Assembly (NCBI GenBank): GCA_044352715.1
Contig: JBILDG010000002.1
Span: 1 to 36,708, forward strand
DNA length: 36,708 bases
From: Chthoniobacterales bacterium
Lineage (GTDB): Bacteria; Verrucomicrobiota; Verrucomicrobiia; Chthoniobacterales; JACTMZ01
Direction of reading: 5' to 3'
In this document: positions 9,897 through 18,603 of the stretch, piece by piece
Layout of the letters: each line of letters starts with the position of its first letter
Position numbering within the stretch: the first letter of the stretch is position 1
The notes under the pieces: model-generated
What the model was told of the DNA's origin: nothing
What the model saw: only the letters and a program-made list of their open reading frames with translations
The model's database searches: none
Made by a program: the position numbers and the translations under genes

Positions 9897-10409
9897 TCAC
9901 ATGTCGTAGCGGTCCTGGAGTTGGCGGACCATACGTTTGACGTGGGGGTGTTTGTCCCGCGGCTTGAGCAGGGCGTAGCTGCGTTGCGGGTCGCCCCATT
10001 CGAGAATCTCGATGGTCACGCGCCGCACGCCCCATTGGTTCATGCGTGATTTGGTGGGCTTGTAGAGATCGATCGTGTTCGTGCCGGCGAGCATCCACCC
10101 GTAGTCGTCCACCTCGTAAACTTCACCTGTCTCGACAAGGTGAAATTTGGTGCCGAGCGGCCAGCGGGACCAGTCGGCAGCGGCGCTGTTGACGTCACCG
10201 CGGCGCAGGGGTGTTCCGGCGGCGGAGCGGTTGCCGTATTTCCGGTGATCCTTTTCGGTGTGTGTGTAAGCGGTGGTGCGAACGTTCTGGACGGGGGCGG
10301 GCGTGAGCGGTTTTTCGTAGGGGGGCAGCTTGCGGGTGGCGCAACCGGACGCAATGAGAATGATGGAGAATGCCGCGAGGATGGGAGCGCGCTTCATGGG
10401 CGTTGTCAT
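9897..10409 (-). CDS. 3D-domain (MltA-like) lipoprotein
   Basis: Only the last 170 codons of the 430-aa track ORF look real. MTTPMKRAPILAAFSIILIASGC carries a lipobox (IASG|C). VRTTAYTHTEKD...GTPLRRGDVNSAAADWSRWPLGTKFHL...YEVDDYG...IDLY resembles the 3D (Asp-rich) domain pattern. An alternative ATG lies at 10397. Confidence 0.6.
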   Translation of the reverse strand: MTTPMKRAPILAAFSIILIASGCATRKLPPYEKPLTPAPVQNVRTTAYTHTEKDHRKYGNRSAAGTPLRRGDVNSAAADWSRWPLGTKFHLVETGEVYEVDDYGWMLAGTNTIDLYKPTKSRMNQWGVRRVTIEILEWGDPQRSYALLKPRDKHPHVKRMVRQLQDRYDM

Positions 10410-10487
10410 GTCACGACGGGCGGCGCGGAGCCAGCCAAATTGCGCCTCTTGCCGGTGCGCTTGCGGACGGGTAGTGTTCCATCGTCC

Positions 10488-11279
10488 ATGGAACGCTATC
10501 TGCTGGCGGGCTCGACCTTTTTTTACCTGCTCGGGTTTGCTTACTCCTTGATCCTGATCGGGGCGGGCAAATTCCGCTCCAGCCGTTTCAACCTCGGGAC
10601 GATTTTCGCGGGGTTTCTTTTGCAGACATTGTTTCTTTATCTGCGCGGTCACGAGGTGGGGCGGTGTCCGATCACGAACACGTCGGAGGTGCTGGTCTTT
10701 CTGAGTTGGTCCATCGCCTTGGCCTATCTGGTGGTCGGCACGGCTTACCGTATTTCGTTGTTGGGTGTTTTCACCGCACCGCTGGTCTTCGGCTTGCAGT
10801 TGGCCGGCTTGCTCTGGCCGACACCGTCCGCGCCGGTCGTGCGCGGGGTGCCGGACGGGTGGCTGGAGTTGCATGCGTCCACGAGCTTGGTGGCTTACGG
10901 GGTGCTTGGCTTGGCCTGCGTGGCCGGCGTGATGTTTCTCCTGCAGGAACGTCAGCTGAAAATGCGCGTGCCGGGATCGATTTTCCATCTGCTGCCGCCG
11001 ATCACGACACTGTCGGAGGCGATGCGGAGATTGCTTTGGTTCGGGGTGGCTTTGCTGACGATAGGAATTCTCGCGGGATTTTTTGTCGGGGTGCCCATCG
11101 GGCGATGGAAATCGGGCGCCTCGCTGATGATCTGGGTGGTTTATGGCGGAGTGCTGTTTCTCTGGTCGCGCAACAAGTTGCATTCGCATCGGGTGGCGCA
11201 GATGTGCGTGTGGGCTTACTTGCTCGCCATCGTCACGCTGCCGGCGATGTATGCGCTGAAGGGATATTGGGCGAAATGA
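10488..11279 (+). CDS. Cytochrome c assembly-family membrane protein, HemX/YpjD-like
   Basis: ATG 10488 gives MERYLLAGSTFFYLLGFAY. The polytopic membrane protein resembles the HemX/YpjD branch of the cytochrome c assembly family and has no WWD heme-handling motif. Its stop overlaps the hemA start (ATGA at 11276-11279). The first 116 codons of the track ORF are antisense to the 3D lipoprotein gene. Confidence 0.65.
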   Translation: MERYLLAGSTFFYLLGFAYSLILIGAGKFRSSRFNLGTIFAGFLLQTLFLYLRGHEVGRCPITNTSEVLVFLSWSIALAYLVVGTAYRISLLGVFTAPLVFGLQLAGLLWPTPSAPVVRGVPDGWLELHASTSLVAYGVLGLACVAGVMFLLQERQLKMRVPGSIFHLLPPITTLSEAMRRLLWFGVALLTIGILAGFFVGVPIGRWKSGASLMIWVVYGGVLFLWSRNKLHSHRVAQMCVWAYLLAIVTLPAMYALKGYWAK

Positions 11280-12316
11280 AAATTTTTTGCGTCGGTTTGA
11301 GCCATCATACGGCGGGTGTTTCGCTGCGGGAGAGGTTTGCCGTCGATGAGGCCGTGCTGGTGGAGACTTTGGCGTGGCTGCGCCGCGAGGCCGCTTTGCA
11401 CGAAGTTGTCCTCCTCTCCACCTGCAATCGGGTGGAAGTTTACGGGTTGGCCGACGATCCGGGCGTCTCCGTGGAAAAGTGCGAACACTTGCTGCAGCAA
11501 TCGGCAGGCGCGGAAGCCGATTTTTATCATCGCCCGCAAGTGGAAGGCGCGCGGCATTTGTTCCGTGTCGTCTGCGGGCTCGATTCGATGGTCGTGGGCG
11601 AGACGGAAATTCTCGGACAAGCGAAAGATGCCTACGCAGCCGCGCTCGCCAGCGGGGCGACCGGAGCGTTGCTCAACCGGCTTTTCCAGCAGGCTTTCCG
11701 CGTGGCCAAACAGGTGCGCACGGAAACGGCGATCACCCGCGGGGCCGTTTCGGTGGGTTCGGTGGCGGTGGAGTTGGCGGAAAAAATTTTCGGTGACTTG
11801 TCCGGCTGCCGCGTGCTGCTGCTCGGAACCGGCGAGGCGGGAGCACGCGTGGCCCGTAGTCTGCAATCGCGCGGGGTGCGGGGCTTGATTTTGTCCAACC
11901 GCACCTTCGACCGTGCGGCTGAGCTGGCAGAGGAGTTGGGCGGGATGGCTCTTCATTTCGACCATTGGCGCGGGGCGCTCCACGATGTTGATATCGTGGT
12001 TTCTTCCACGGCTTCGCGAGAGCGTTTGCTGTCCGCCGAGGAATTGGCACCGCTGATGGATGCGCGGGAAGATCGTCCGCTGTTTCTGGTCGATCTGGCC
12101 GTGCCTCGCGATTTTGACCCGGCCCTCAACGAGCTCGAGGGGGTTTACCTGCACGATATGGACTCGCTGCAAGCCATGGCGCAACGCGGCATGGAGGAAC
12201 GGGAGAAAGAAGTTCTGCGCTGCGAGGCGTTGATTGCCGCGCAGGTGGAGGAGTTTGCCGAATGGGTGCGGCAACGCGTTGAATCTGGGCCGCCCCGAGT
12301 GGCGGCGAAATCATGA
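11276..12316 (+). CDS. hemA: Glutamyl-tRNA reductase (short form, 346 aa)
   Basis: MKIFCVGLSHHTAGVSLRERFAV; active-site LSTCNRVEVYG; GLDSMVVGETEILGQ; NADPH-binding LLLGTGEAGARVARSL. The 550-aa track ORF is an upstream extension in an alternative frame across the hemX-like gene. Confidence 0.9.
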   Translation: MKIFCVGLSHHTAGVSLRERFAVDEAVLVETLAWLRREAALHEVVLLSTCNRVEVYGLADDPGVSVEKCEHLLQQSAGAEADFYHRPQVEGARHLFRVVCGLDSMVVGETEILGQAKDAYAAALASGATGALLNRLFQQAFRVAKQVRTETAITRGAVSVGSVAVELAEKIFGDLSGCRVLLLGTGEAGARVARSLQSRGVRGLILSNRTFDRAAELAEELGGMALHFDHWRGALHDVDIVVSSTASRERLLSAEELAPLMDAREDRPLFLVDLAVPRDFDPALNELEGVYLHDMDSLQAMAQRGMEEREKEVLRCEALIAAQVEEFAEWVRQRVESGPPRVAAKS

Positions 12317-13233
12317 GTGCGGTGATCCGTCTGGCCACGCGTGGCAGCGATTTGGCTCTCGTGCAAACCCGCGATGTCGCCCGCCGGCTCCGCGCGGCTT
12401 GGGCCGACCTCGGCACGACTGAGGAAATCATGCGCACGACCGGCGACCGCAAGCTCGAGGCCGACTTGGCCAAGATCGGCGCCTTGGAAAAAGGGCTTTT
12501 CACGAAAGAACTCGAGGAAGCTTTGCTGCAGGACCGGGCGGATGCGGCGGTGCACAGCCTGAAAGATTTGCCGACGACTTTGCCCGAAGGTCTTGCGCTG
12601 GGGGCGATCCTGCCGCGGGCGAAGACGGCCGATGTGTTGCTGAGTTTATTTCCCGGTGGTCTGGAGGCATTGGCGGCTGGAGCCAAAATCGGCACAGGCA
12701 GTCCGCGCCGCCGCGCGATGTTGCGCGTGGCCCGAGCCGATCTCGAAGCGTGCCCGATCCGCGGCAATGTGCCGACGCGTTTGGGCAAGTTGGCGGCGGG
12801 TGACTTTGACGCGATCATTGTGGCCGCGGCCGGGTTGGAGCGGCTGGGATGGACTTCCGATGGCGGCATCGAAATCGACGGGCGGTCATTGCATGCTACC
12901 GCGCTGACAAGTTTTCTCCCGGCACCGGGTCAAGGGGCTGTGGCCGTGGAGGTGCGGGCGGCGGACGGTGAGGTGAGGAAGTATTTCTCCGCGCTTCACG
13001 ACGAGGCAACCGCCCGGGCTGTGCAGGCCGAGCGCGCGGTTCTTGCGGGGTTGGGTGGCGGGTGCCACATGGCTCTGGGTGCACGGGCGCGGGTCGATGG
13101 TGATGTTTTGCACCTCGAGGCGGTTGTATTTGACGATTCGGGCGCGGTCCCGAAATATGCCGCCCTCACCGGCGCAGGCAACGATCCTGAATCACTCGGA
13201 CGTGCTGTCGCCGCGAAACTTCATGGCGAATAA
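12313..13233 (+). CDS. hemC: Hydroxymethylbilane synthase (porphobilinogen deaminase)
   Basis: IRLATRGSDLALVQT, GDRKL...KGLFTKELEEALL...DAAVHSLKDLP, GTGSPRR, and the cofactor cysteine in LGGGCHMALG. Its start overlaps the hemA stop by 4 bp. Confidence 0.93.
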   Translation: MSAVIRLATRGSDLALVQTRDVARRLRAAWADLGTTEEIMRTTGDRKLEADLAKIGALEKGLFTKELEEALLQDRADAAVHSLKDLPTTLPEGLALGAILPRAKTADVLLSLFPGGLEALAAGAKIGTGSPRRRAMLRVARADLEACPIRGNVPTRLGKLAAGDFDAIIVAAAGLERLGWTSDGGIEIDGRSLHATALTSFLPAPGQGAVAVEVRAADGEVRKYFSALHDEATARAVQAERAVLAGLGGGCHMALGARARVDGDVLHLEAVVFDDSGAVPKYAALTGAGNDPESLGRAVAAKLHGE

Positions 13234-14743
13234 ACGGAAAGAAGGCATTTGTTATCTGGTCGGAGCTGGTCCGGGCGACACCGGCTTGCTCACCTTGCGG
13301 GGCCGCGAGCTGTTGGCGCAGGCCGATGTCGTGGTTTACGATCACTTGGTCAATCGCGAGCTGCTCGGCTTTGCGCCGGAGGCTGCCGAGTTGATCTACG
13401 CTGGCAAGAAGTCGGGTGATCACACCATGCCGCAGGAGGATATCAACCGCGTGCTGGTGGATAAAACATCGGCGGGGCGCAGGGTGGTCCGACTCAAGGG
13501 TGGGGATCCGTTTGTCTTTGCCCGCGGGGCGGAGGAATGCCGGGCCTTGGCCGACGCCGGTCTGCGTTACGAAGTTGTGCCCGGGGTCAGCTCGGCCATT
13601 GCCGGTCCCGCCTATGCCGGGATTCCTGTGACGCAACGCGCGGTCAATTCGGCGCTCACAATTTTCACCGGTCACTATGATCCGGAGGATTCATCCGCGG
13701 CGGAGGTTTACCGCGGTCTCGGGGCTGCCCCCGGAACCAAAGTCATGCTCATGGGCGTCGAAAATTTGCCCGGGATCGCGGCAAAAATGATCGCGGGGGG
13801 AGCCCCGGCCGATACGCCGGCGGCGGCGGTGCGTTGGGCCACGCGGGGTGACCAGCAGGTGGTGCGCGGGACCCTCGGCGATCTCGCGGATCGGGTGTCC
13901 GAAGCCGGGTTGCGCGCGCCGGCGGTGGTGGTGATCGGTGAAGTGGCCTATCCTCCGGCGGTGCTGGACTGGACGGCGGCGCGGCCGCTTTTCGGACGTC
14001 GCATTGTGGTGACGCGCAGTCGTGTGCAGGCATCGAAGTTGACCGGTGCTTTGCGCGATCTCGGGGCCGATGTGTACGAGTTGCCGCTCATCCGTCGTGA
14101 ACCTCCGGCCAATCTGCGCGAATTCGGTGAGCTGGTGCAGGATGCACACAGCTATGAGTGGATCGTTTTCACCAGTGCCAACGGGGTCGATGCATTCTTC
14201 GAAATGTTTTACAAGCTCTACGACGACGCCCGGGAGATCGGCGGGGTCAAATTCGCCGCGGTGGGAGCGGCCACGGAAGCGCGGATCAAAGAGCACCGTT
14301 TCCATGTCGATCTGGTCGCGGAAAACTTCCACGCCGAGTCGCTGGTCGAGACATTCCGGCAGAAAACCGATGTCGAGAATGTGAAAATTTTGATCGTCCG
14401 CCCTGAAGAGACGCGCAATGTGCTGGCGACGGAACTCACGAAAATGGGCGGTATCGTCGACGAAGCCATCGCTTACCGCACCGTGCCGGAAACGGCCGAC
14501 CGCACCCGGGCCCGCGAGCGATTGTCCGCCGAAGGTGCGGATTTGCTGGTATTTACCAGTTCATCGACCGTGCGCAATTTTTTCTCCCAAAAGATCGCTT
14601 ATCCCGCGGAGATGAAATTTGCCAGCATCGGTCCGGTCACGACGAAAACGCTGGAAGAATTCGGCCGGAAGCCGGCTCTCGAGGCCAAGCGGCATGATGT
14701 GGAAGGTCTGGTGGAAGCGATCGCCGGATACTTCGCGCGTTGA
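13223..14743 (+). CDS. cobA: Bifunctional uroporphyrinogen-III C-methyltransferase / uroporphyrinogen-III synthase (CobA-HemD fusion)
   Basis: ATG 13223 gives MANKRKEGICYLVGAGPGDTGLLTLRG. SUMT motifs VVYD, VVRLKGGDPFVFARG and VVPGVSSAIAGPAYAGIPVT are present. From about residue 255 (about nt 13985) there is a HemD-like domain (LFGRRIVVTRSRVQASKL...WIVFTSANGVDAFF...LLVFTSSSTVRNFF). The start overlaps the hemC end by 11 nt. Confidence 0.88.
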   Translation: MANKRKEGICYLVGAGPGDTGLLTLRGRELLAQADVVVYDHLVNRELLGFAPEAAELIYAGKKSGDHTMPQEDINRVLVDKTSAGRRVVRLKGGDPFVFARGAEECRALADAGLRYEVVPGVSSAIAGPAYAGIPVTQRAVNSALTIFTGHYDPEDSSAAEVYRGLGAAPGTKVMLMGVENLPGIAAKMIAGGAPADTPAAAVRWATRGDQQVVRGTLGDLADRVSEAGLRAPAVVVIGEVAYPPAVLDWTAARPLFGRRIVVTRSRVQASKLTGALRDLGADVYELPLIRREPPANLREFGELVQDAHSYEWIVFTSANGVDAFFEMFYKLYDDAREIGGVKFAAVGAATEARIKEHRFHVDLVAENFHAESLVETFRQKTDVENVKILIVRPEETRNVLATELTKMGGIVDEAIAYRTVPETADRTRARERLSAEGADLLVFTSSSTVRNFFSQKIAYPAEMKFASIGPVTTKTLEEFGRKPALEAKRHDVEGLVEAIAGYFAR

Positions 14744-14749
14744 GCGCCC

Positions 14750-15829
14750 TCAATCACCCAAGCTCATGCCCAGCGCCCGCGCGTGCCGCAGAATCTGGCT
14801 GTCGGGCGAAACTTGGCGCCGGCGGTTGACCGCATCGGCCAAGGCGACATCGGTGATCGTGCCGAAGCGGTAGCTGACCATGCGACCGAACATGCCCTCG
14901 GCAGCCAACTCCACGGCCCGCACGCCGAACTGCTGGCCCAAGACGCGGTCGAATGCGCCCGGGGCTCCCCCGCGTTGCAGGTGCCCGAGCACGCAACAAC
15001 GGGTTTCTCGACCGGTGCGGGCCGCGATGAGGGATTCCACATAAGCGCCGATGCCCCCGAGGCGCGATTCGCCGGTGGAGGTTTGCTTCCGGATCTGTCG
15101 TCCGGCTTTGGCCCGCGCCCCTTCGGCCGCGATGATGATGGTCGATCTCCCGCCGCGCCTCTCGGAGTCTTTGATGAATTTGGTCACCCGCTCGTTGTCG
15201 AACGGTATCTCCGGCAAAAGAACCATGTCCGCGCTGCCGGCGACGGCGCCGTGCAAGGCCAGCCAACCAGTGTGCCGGCCCATCACTTCCAGGATCATCA
15301 CCCGGCGATGGCTCTCGGCGGTGGTGCGAAGATGGGCGATGGCCTCGGCGATGCGGGTCACGGCGGTTTCGAAACCGAAGGTGACATCGGTCGATTCCAG
15401 GTCGTTGTCGATGGTCTTGGGCACGCCGATGACAGGAACACCGGCCCGCACAAGTTGCAGGGCGGTGCGCAACGAGCCGTCGCCTCCCATGATGACGAGC
15501 GATCCGGCACGATGTTGCTCAAGCGCATGACGGGTGGCGCGGATGAGCGGATCAGGCAGCACAAGTTCGCCGCCGTTGCCGCGTCTTGTCTGGAAGCGCC
15601 CCTTGTTGGTTGTGCCGAGAATGGTGCCGCCGGTGGCTTCGATTCCCTGGGTGTTGGCCGGCGTGAGCAAGCGGGCGGCGGCGGGATGGAGCAGGCCTTC
15701 GTAGCCTTCGGAAAACCCGATCACTTCGATACCGCGTTGCGCGGCGGCGCAAACGATGCCGCGAATGACGGCGTTGAGACCGGCGCAATCGCCGCCTGCC
15801 GTGAGGATGCCGATGCGCGTCGCGGGCAT
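14750..15829 (-). CDS. pfkA: 6-phosphofructokinase (phosphoryl donor not assignable from sequence)
   Basis: IGILTAGGDCAGLNAVIRG, MGGDGSL, VPKTIDNDL, MGRHTGWLAL, LGHLQRGG. Confidence 0.9.
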   Translation of the reverse strand: MPATRIGILTAGGDCAGLNAVIRGIVCAAAQRGIEVIGFSEGYEGLLHPAAARLLTPANTQGIEATGGTILGTTNKGRFQTRRGNGGELVLPDPLIRATRHALEQHRAGSLVIMGGDGSLRTALQLVRAGVPVIGVPKTIDNDLESTDVTFGFETAVTRIAEAIAHLRTTAESHRRVMILEVMGRHTGWLALHGAVAGSADMVLLPEIPFDNERVTKFIKDSERRGGRSTIIIAAEGARAKAGRQIRKQTSTGESRLGGIGAYVESLIAARTGRETRCCVLGHLQRGGAPGAFDRVLGQQFGVRAVELAAEGMFGRMVSYRFGTITDVALADAVNRRRQVSPDSQILRHARALGMSLGD

Positions 15830-15838
15830 GGCCCTGAA

Positions 15839-16762
15839 TCAGATGGACGAACGTCGGTTGACCGAGCGGCCTTCGGCGGTCCAGCGGTCATGCAGCGCCC
15901 ACCCTTGGCGGATGAGCTGCAGTCCCTCGCTGAAACGGTCGGATGAGCCAAGCATCACGACGATAATGCGCCGGGGGATGGCGACTTTCTGCCCGTTCTG
16001 TTCAATTGCTTGCGGGTCGCGGTCGGCGGCCAGCACGAGGCAGTCGCCGGCCCGGGCGGTGCGGCCGGTTTTCACTCCTTCGATGCCGTCCTGACCGAGC
16101 AGTTCGTTCGTATTGCGCAGGAGAAACCCCCGCGTGCTGCCGTCCGCACTTTGGATGGAGATCTCGCGGGCGGGTTGGGAGACGTAAAAGTTGAAGCCGG
16201 GGTGCTTGTAGGCGTAGCGGGTGAGGCGGGCGAGATCGGCGGCGCTGGAATGCGGGGGTGTCGCCATGTTGTCGAGCCCGTGGGGATTGAGGAAAAGGGT
16301 GCGCTTCATCCCGAGGGTGCGCGCCAGGGCGTTCATTTGCGCGGTGAAGTTGTCCACCGGTGCCAGATTCTGGTTGTTCGGCAAGCGGGCGCCGACATTG
16401 TAAGCGAGCGTGTAGGCGGCATGGTTGTCGGACTGCATCATGGCGGCGTAGAGAAGATCGCGCAGCGAGACGCGGTCGCCGGGTTGCAAGCCGCACGGGT
16501 TGACTCCGCCTATGCCGGTTACGCCGGCTGGCACTTCGACGGCGGCGGCGAGCGAGCTTTTGGTCGCGTCGGCCCAGTCCATCACAACCATCGCGGTGGC
16601 GATTTTGGTCAGGCTGGCGATTTGGCGTTTCTGGTTGGCGTTTCCCGAAGCCAGGATGTGCCCCGTCTGATCGTCCACGATGATGTAGCTTTGGGCGCCC
16701 TCACTGCGGGTCGCCAAGGCCCCGAGAAGAAGGAGCAGTAATGGTAGGAAAATTTTGCACAT
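15839..16762 (-). CDS. D-alanyl-D-alanine carboxypeptidase (peptidase S11, PBP5/6-like)
   Basis: Signal peptide MCKIFLPLLLLLLGALATRSEGA. Catalytic SxxK (ASLTKIAT), SxN (QSDNHAA) and KTG (GVKTGRT) are all present. The gene ends 9 nt upstream of pfk on the same strand. Confidence 0.85.
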   Translation of the reverse strand: MCKIFLPLLLLLLGALATRSEGAQSYIIVDDQTGHILASGNANQKRQIASLTKIATAMVVMDWADATKSSLAAAVEVPAGVTGIGGVNPCGLQPGDRVSLRDLLYAAMMQSDNHAAYTLAYNVGARLPNNQNLAPVDNFTAQMNALARTLGMKRTLFLNPHGLDNMATPPHSSAADLARLTRYAYKHPGFNFYVSQPAREISIQSADGSTRGFLLRNTNELLGQDGIEGVKTGRTARAGDCLVLAADRDPQAIEQNGQKVAIPRRIIVVMLGSSDRFSEGLQLIRQGWALHDRWTAEGRSVNRRSSI

Positions 16763-16866
16763 AGTGGCGTAAGCTCAACGAAATTAGCGTCCGCTGATGA
16801 AAAATCAACGCCTTCCCCCAGCGCGACGATTGCCCTCAGCATGGGTCGCTGCTTTACTGAAGGGCT

Positions 16867-18069
16867 GTGAGCAAACCTTCGTTCGATTCGATTGATGCGG
16901 TTTTGAAAGACATCCGCGCCGGGCGCATGGTCATTGTGACCGACGATGCCGAGCGTGAGAACGAGGGCGATCTTGTGATGGCCGCCGAGAAAGTCACGCC
17001 CGAGGCGGTGAATTTCATGGTCAAACACGGCCGCGGTTTGGTTTGTGTGCCGATCACCGAATCTCGTGCCCGCCAACTCGGCCTGCAGCGCATGGTGGCG
17101 CACAACCGGGAGATTCACGCCACGGATTTCACGGTCTCCGTGGATGCCGCGCGCGAGGTGTCCACCGGAATAAGCGCGCGCGACCGTGCCGCCACGATCA
17201 AAGTGCTCACCTCGGCCGAATCACGGCCGGCGGATTTGACGCAGCCCGGCCATGTATTCCCGCTGCAAGCCCGCGAGGCCGGGGTGCTACAGCGCGCGGG
17301 CCACACCGAGGCGGCGGTCGATCTGGCGCGTTTGGCCGGACTCGATGCGACCGGTGTCATCTGCGAAATCCTCAAGGAGGACGGCTCGATGGCACGTTTG
17401 CCGGATTTGCTGAAGTTTCGCCGCAAGCACAAGCTGAAGATGTGCTGCATCCGCGATCTCATCGCTTACCGCCGCCGGAGCGAGAAACTGGTCGAGCGCG
17501 AGCAGTGCGTGAAAATGCCGACGGATTACGGCGATTTCGATTTGTATCTCTACCGCTCACTGACCGACGGGGCGCATCATTTGGCGCTGGTGCGCGGCAA
17601 GATCGATCCGCGCAAGCCCGTGCTCGTGCGCGTGCACAGCGAGTGTCTCACCGGCGACGTTTTTGCCTCGCGCCGCTGCGATTGCGGGTCGCAACTGCAT
17701 CAGGCGATGCGCCAGATTGCCGACAACGGGTCCGGTGTGCTCGTTTACATGCGGCAAGAGGGTCGTGGCATCGGTCTGCCGGCAAAAATCCACGCTTACA
17801 AATTGCAAGAGGAGGGCCTCGATACGGTGGAAGCCAACGCCCGCCTCGGCTTCCCCATGGATCTCCGCGAATACGGTCTCGGCGCCCAGATTTTATCCGA
17901 CCTCGGCGTGCGCAAAATCCGCCTGCTCACCAACAACCCTCGCAAAATGGTGGGACTGGCCGGACATGGACTTGAAATCACCGCGCGGGTGCCGATCACA
18001 TCGAAGCCGCACACCCACAACGCCCGTTACCTGCGCACCAAAAAACGAAAAATGGGGCATCTGCTTTGA
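16867..18069 (+). CDS. ribBA: Bifunctional 3,4-dihydroxy-2-butanone-4-phosphate synthase / GTP cyclohydrolase II
   Basis: GTG start. The DHBP synthase half shows VIVTDDAERENEGDLVMAAE and HTEAAVDLARLAG. The GCH-II half shows VRVHSECLTGDVFASRRCDCGSQL, RQEGRGIGL and NNPRK. Confidence 0.93.
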   Translation: MSKPSFDSIDAVLKDIRAGRMVIVTDDAERENEGDLVMAAEKVTPEAVNFMVKHGRGLVCVPITESRARQLGLQRMVAHNREIHATDFTVSVDAAREVSTGISARDRAATIKVLTSAESRPADLTQPGHVFPLQAREAGVLQRAGHTEAAVDLARLAGLDATGVICEILKEDGSMARLPDLLKFRRKHKLKMCCIRDLIAYRRRSEKLVEREQCVKMPTDYGDFDLYLYRSLTDGAHHLALVRGKIDPRKPVLVRVHSECLTGDVFASRRCDCGSQLHQAMRQIADNGSGVLVYMRQEGRGIGLPAKIHAYKLQEEGLDTVEANARLGFPMDLREYGLGAQILSDLGVRKIRLLTNNPRKMVGLAGHGLEITARVPITSKPHTHNARYLRTKKRKMGHLL

Positions 18070-18089
18070 AATCCCTAACCATCTGAACC

Positions 18090-18584
18090 ATGGCCGCCAA
18101 ACTTCCCACACGTCCGCCCAAACTGCACTCATCCTCGGCTCCGCGCGTCGCCATCGTGGCGAGCGAATATCATCCGGAGTTGGTGCAGGCGCTGGTGAAC
18201 AACACCTGCAAGGAACTCTACCAGATCGATGAAAAGTGCGTGATCGAGCTTTTCGGCGCACCGGGTGCTTTCGAGATCCCGGTCGTGGCCGAGATGGTCG
18301 CAGCGCAGCGGCGGCACGATGTCATCATCGCCCTGGGCTTGATCATCCAGGGGCAAACCAGACACGCCGACCTCATCGGGGAGAGTGTGACGCATGCGTT
18401 GCAGCAGATTGCGCTCAAGCATGTGATCCCAGTGATTCATGAAGTTCTGCTGGTGAGCAACGAACAGGATGGGCGTGTGCGCTGCATGGATGAGGAACTC
18501 AACCGCGGGATCGAAGCCGCCCGCGCCGCTTTCACGATGCTGCGGGTCAGGGAGCAACTGCGGAGCAAGCCGTCGGTGCGCTGA
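18090..18584 (+). CDS. ribH: 6,7-dimethyl-8-ribityllumazine synthase
   Basis: VAIVASEYHPELVQAL, GAFEIPVVAEMVA, VIALGLIIQGQTRHADLI, NRGIEAARA. Confidence 0.9.
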   Translation: MAAKLPTRPPKLHSSSAPRVAIVASEYHPELVQALVNNTCKELYQIDEKCVIELFGAPGAFEIPVVAEMVAAQRRHDVIIALGLIIQGQTRHADLIGESVTHALQQIALKHVIPVIHEVLLVSNEQDGRVRCMDEELNRGIEAARAAFTMLRVREQLRSKPSVR

Positions 18585-18603
18585 AACTCGGGGGAAATTT
18601 GCC

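Noticed and set aside
10410-11189. N-terminal 260 codons of the 430-aa minus-strand ORF 9897..11189
   Set aside because: This stretch is extremely R/Q/H/P-rich and antisense to the HemX-like membrane protein. Only the last 170 codons, which start with a lipoprotein signal, look real.
10664-11275. Upstream extension of hemA (550-aa track ORF)
   Set aside because: It is an alternative frame of the HemX-like gene, Gly/Arg/Ala-rich and without motifs. The canonical HemA N-terminus MKIFCVGLSHH starts at 11276 with an ATGA overlap.
12126-12869. 247-aa minus-strand ORF
   Set aside because: It is antisense to the hemA/hemC junction and is a low-complexity Ala/Arg/Ser/Pro sequence.
13043-13222. Upstream extension of cobA-hemD (566-aa track ORF)
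   Set aside because: It lies inside hemC in another frame. The conserved SUMT N-terminus begins just after ATG 13223.
14783-15946. 387-aa plus-strand ORF
   Set aside because: It is antisense to pfk, with a Gly/Ala/Arg/Asp-rich translation and no motifs.
16010-16741. 243-aa plus-strand ORF
   Set aside because: It is antisense to the S11 carboxypeptidase gene, which carries SxxK, SxN and KTG.
16763-16866. Possible FMN (RFN) riboswitch upstream of ribBA
   Set aside because: The spacer is only about 100 nt. I could not find the conserved RFN core elements or the multi-stem architecture, so this looks like a plain divergent promoter region.
17043-17975. 310-aa plus-strand ORF in an alternative frame of ribBA
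   Set aside because: The translation is Arg/Pro/Gly-rich with no motifs. The ribBA frame carries both DHBPS and GCH-II signatures.
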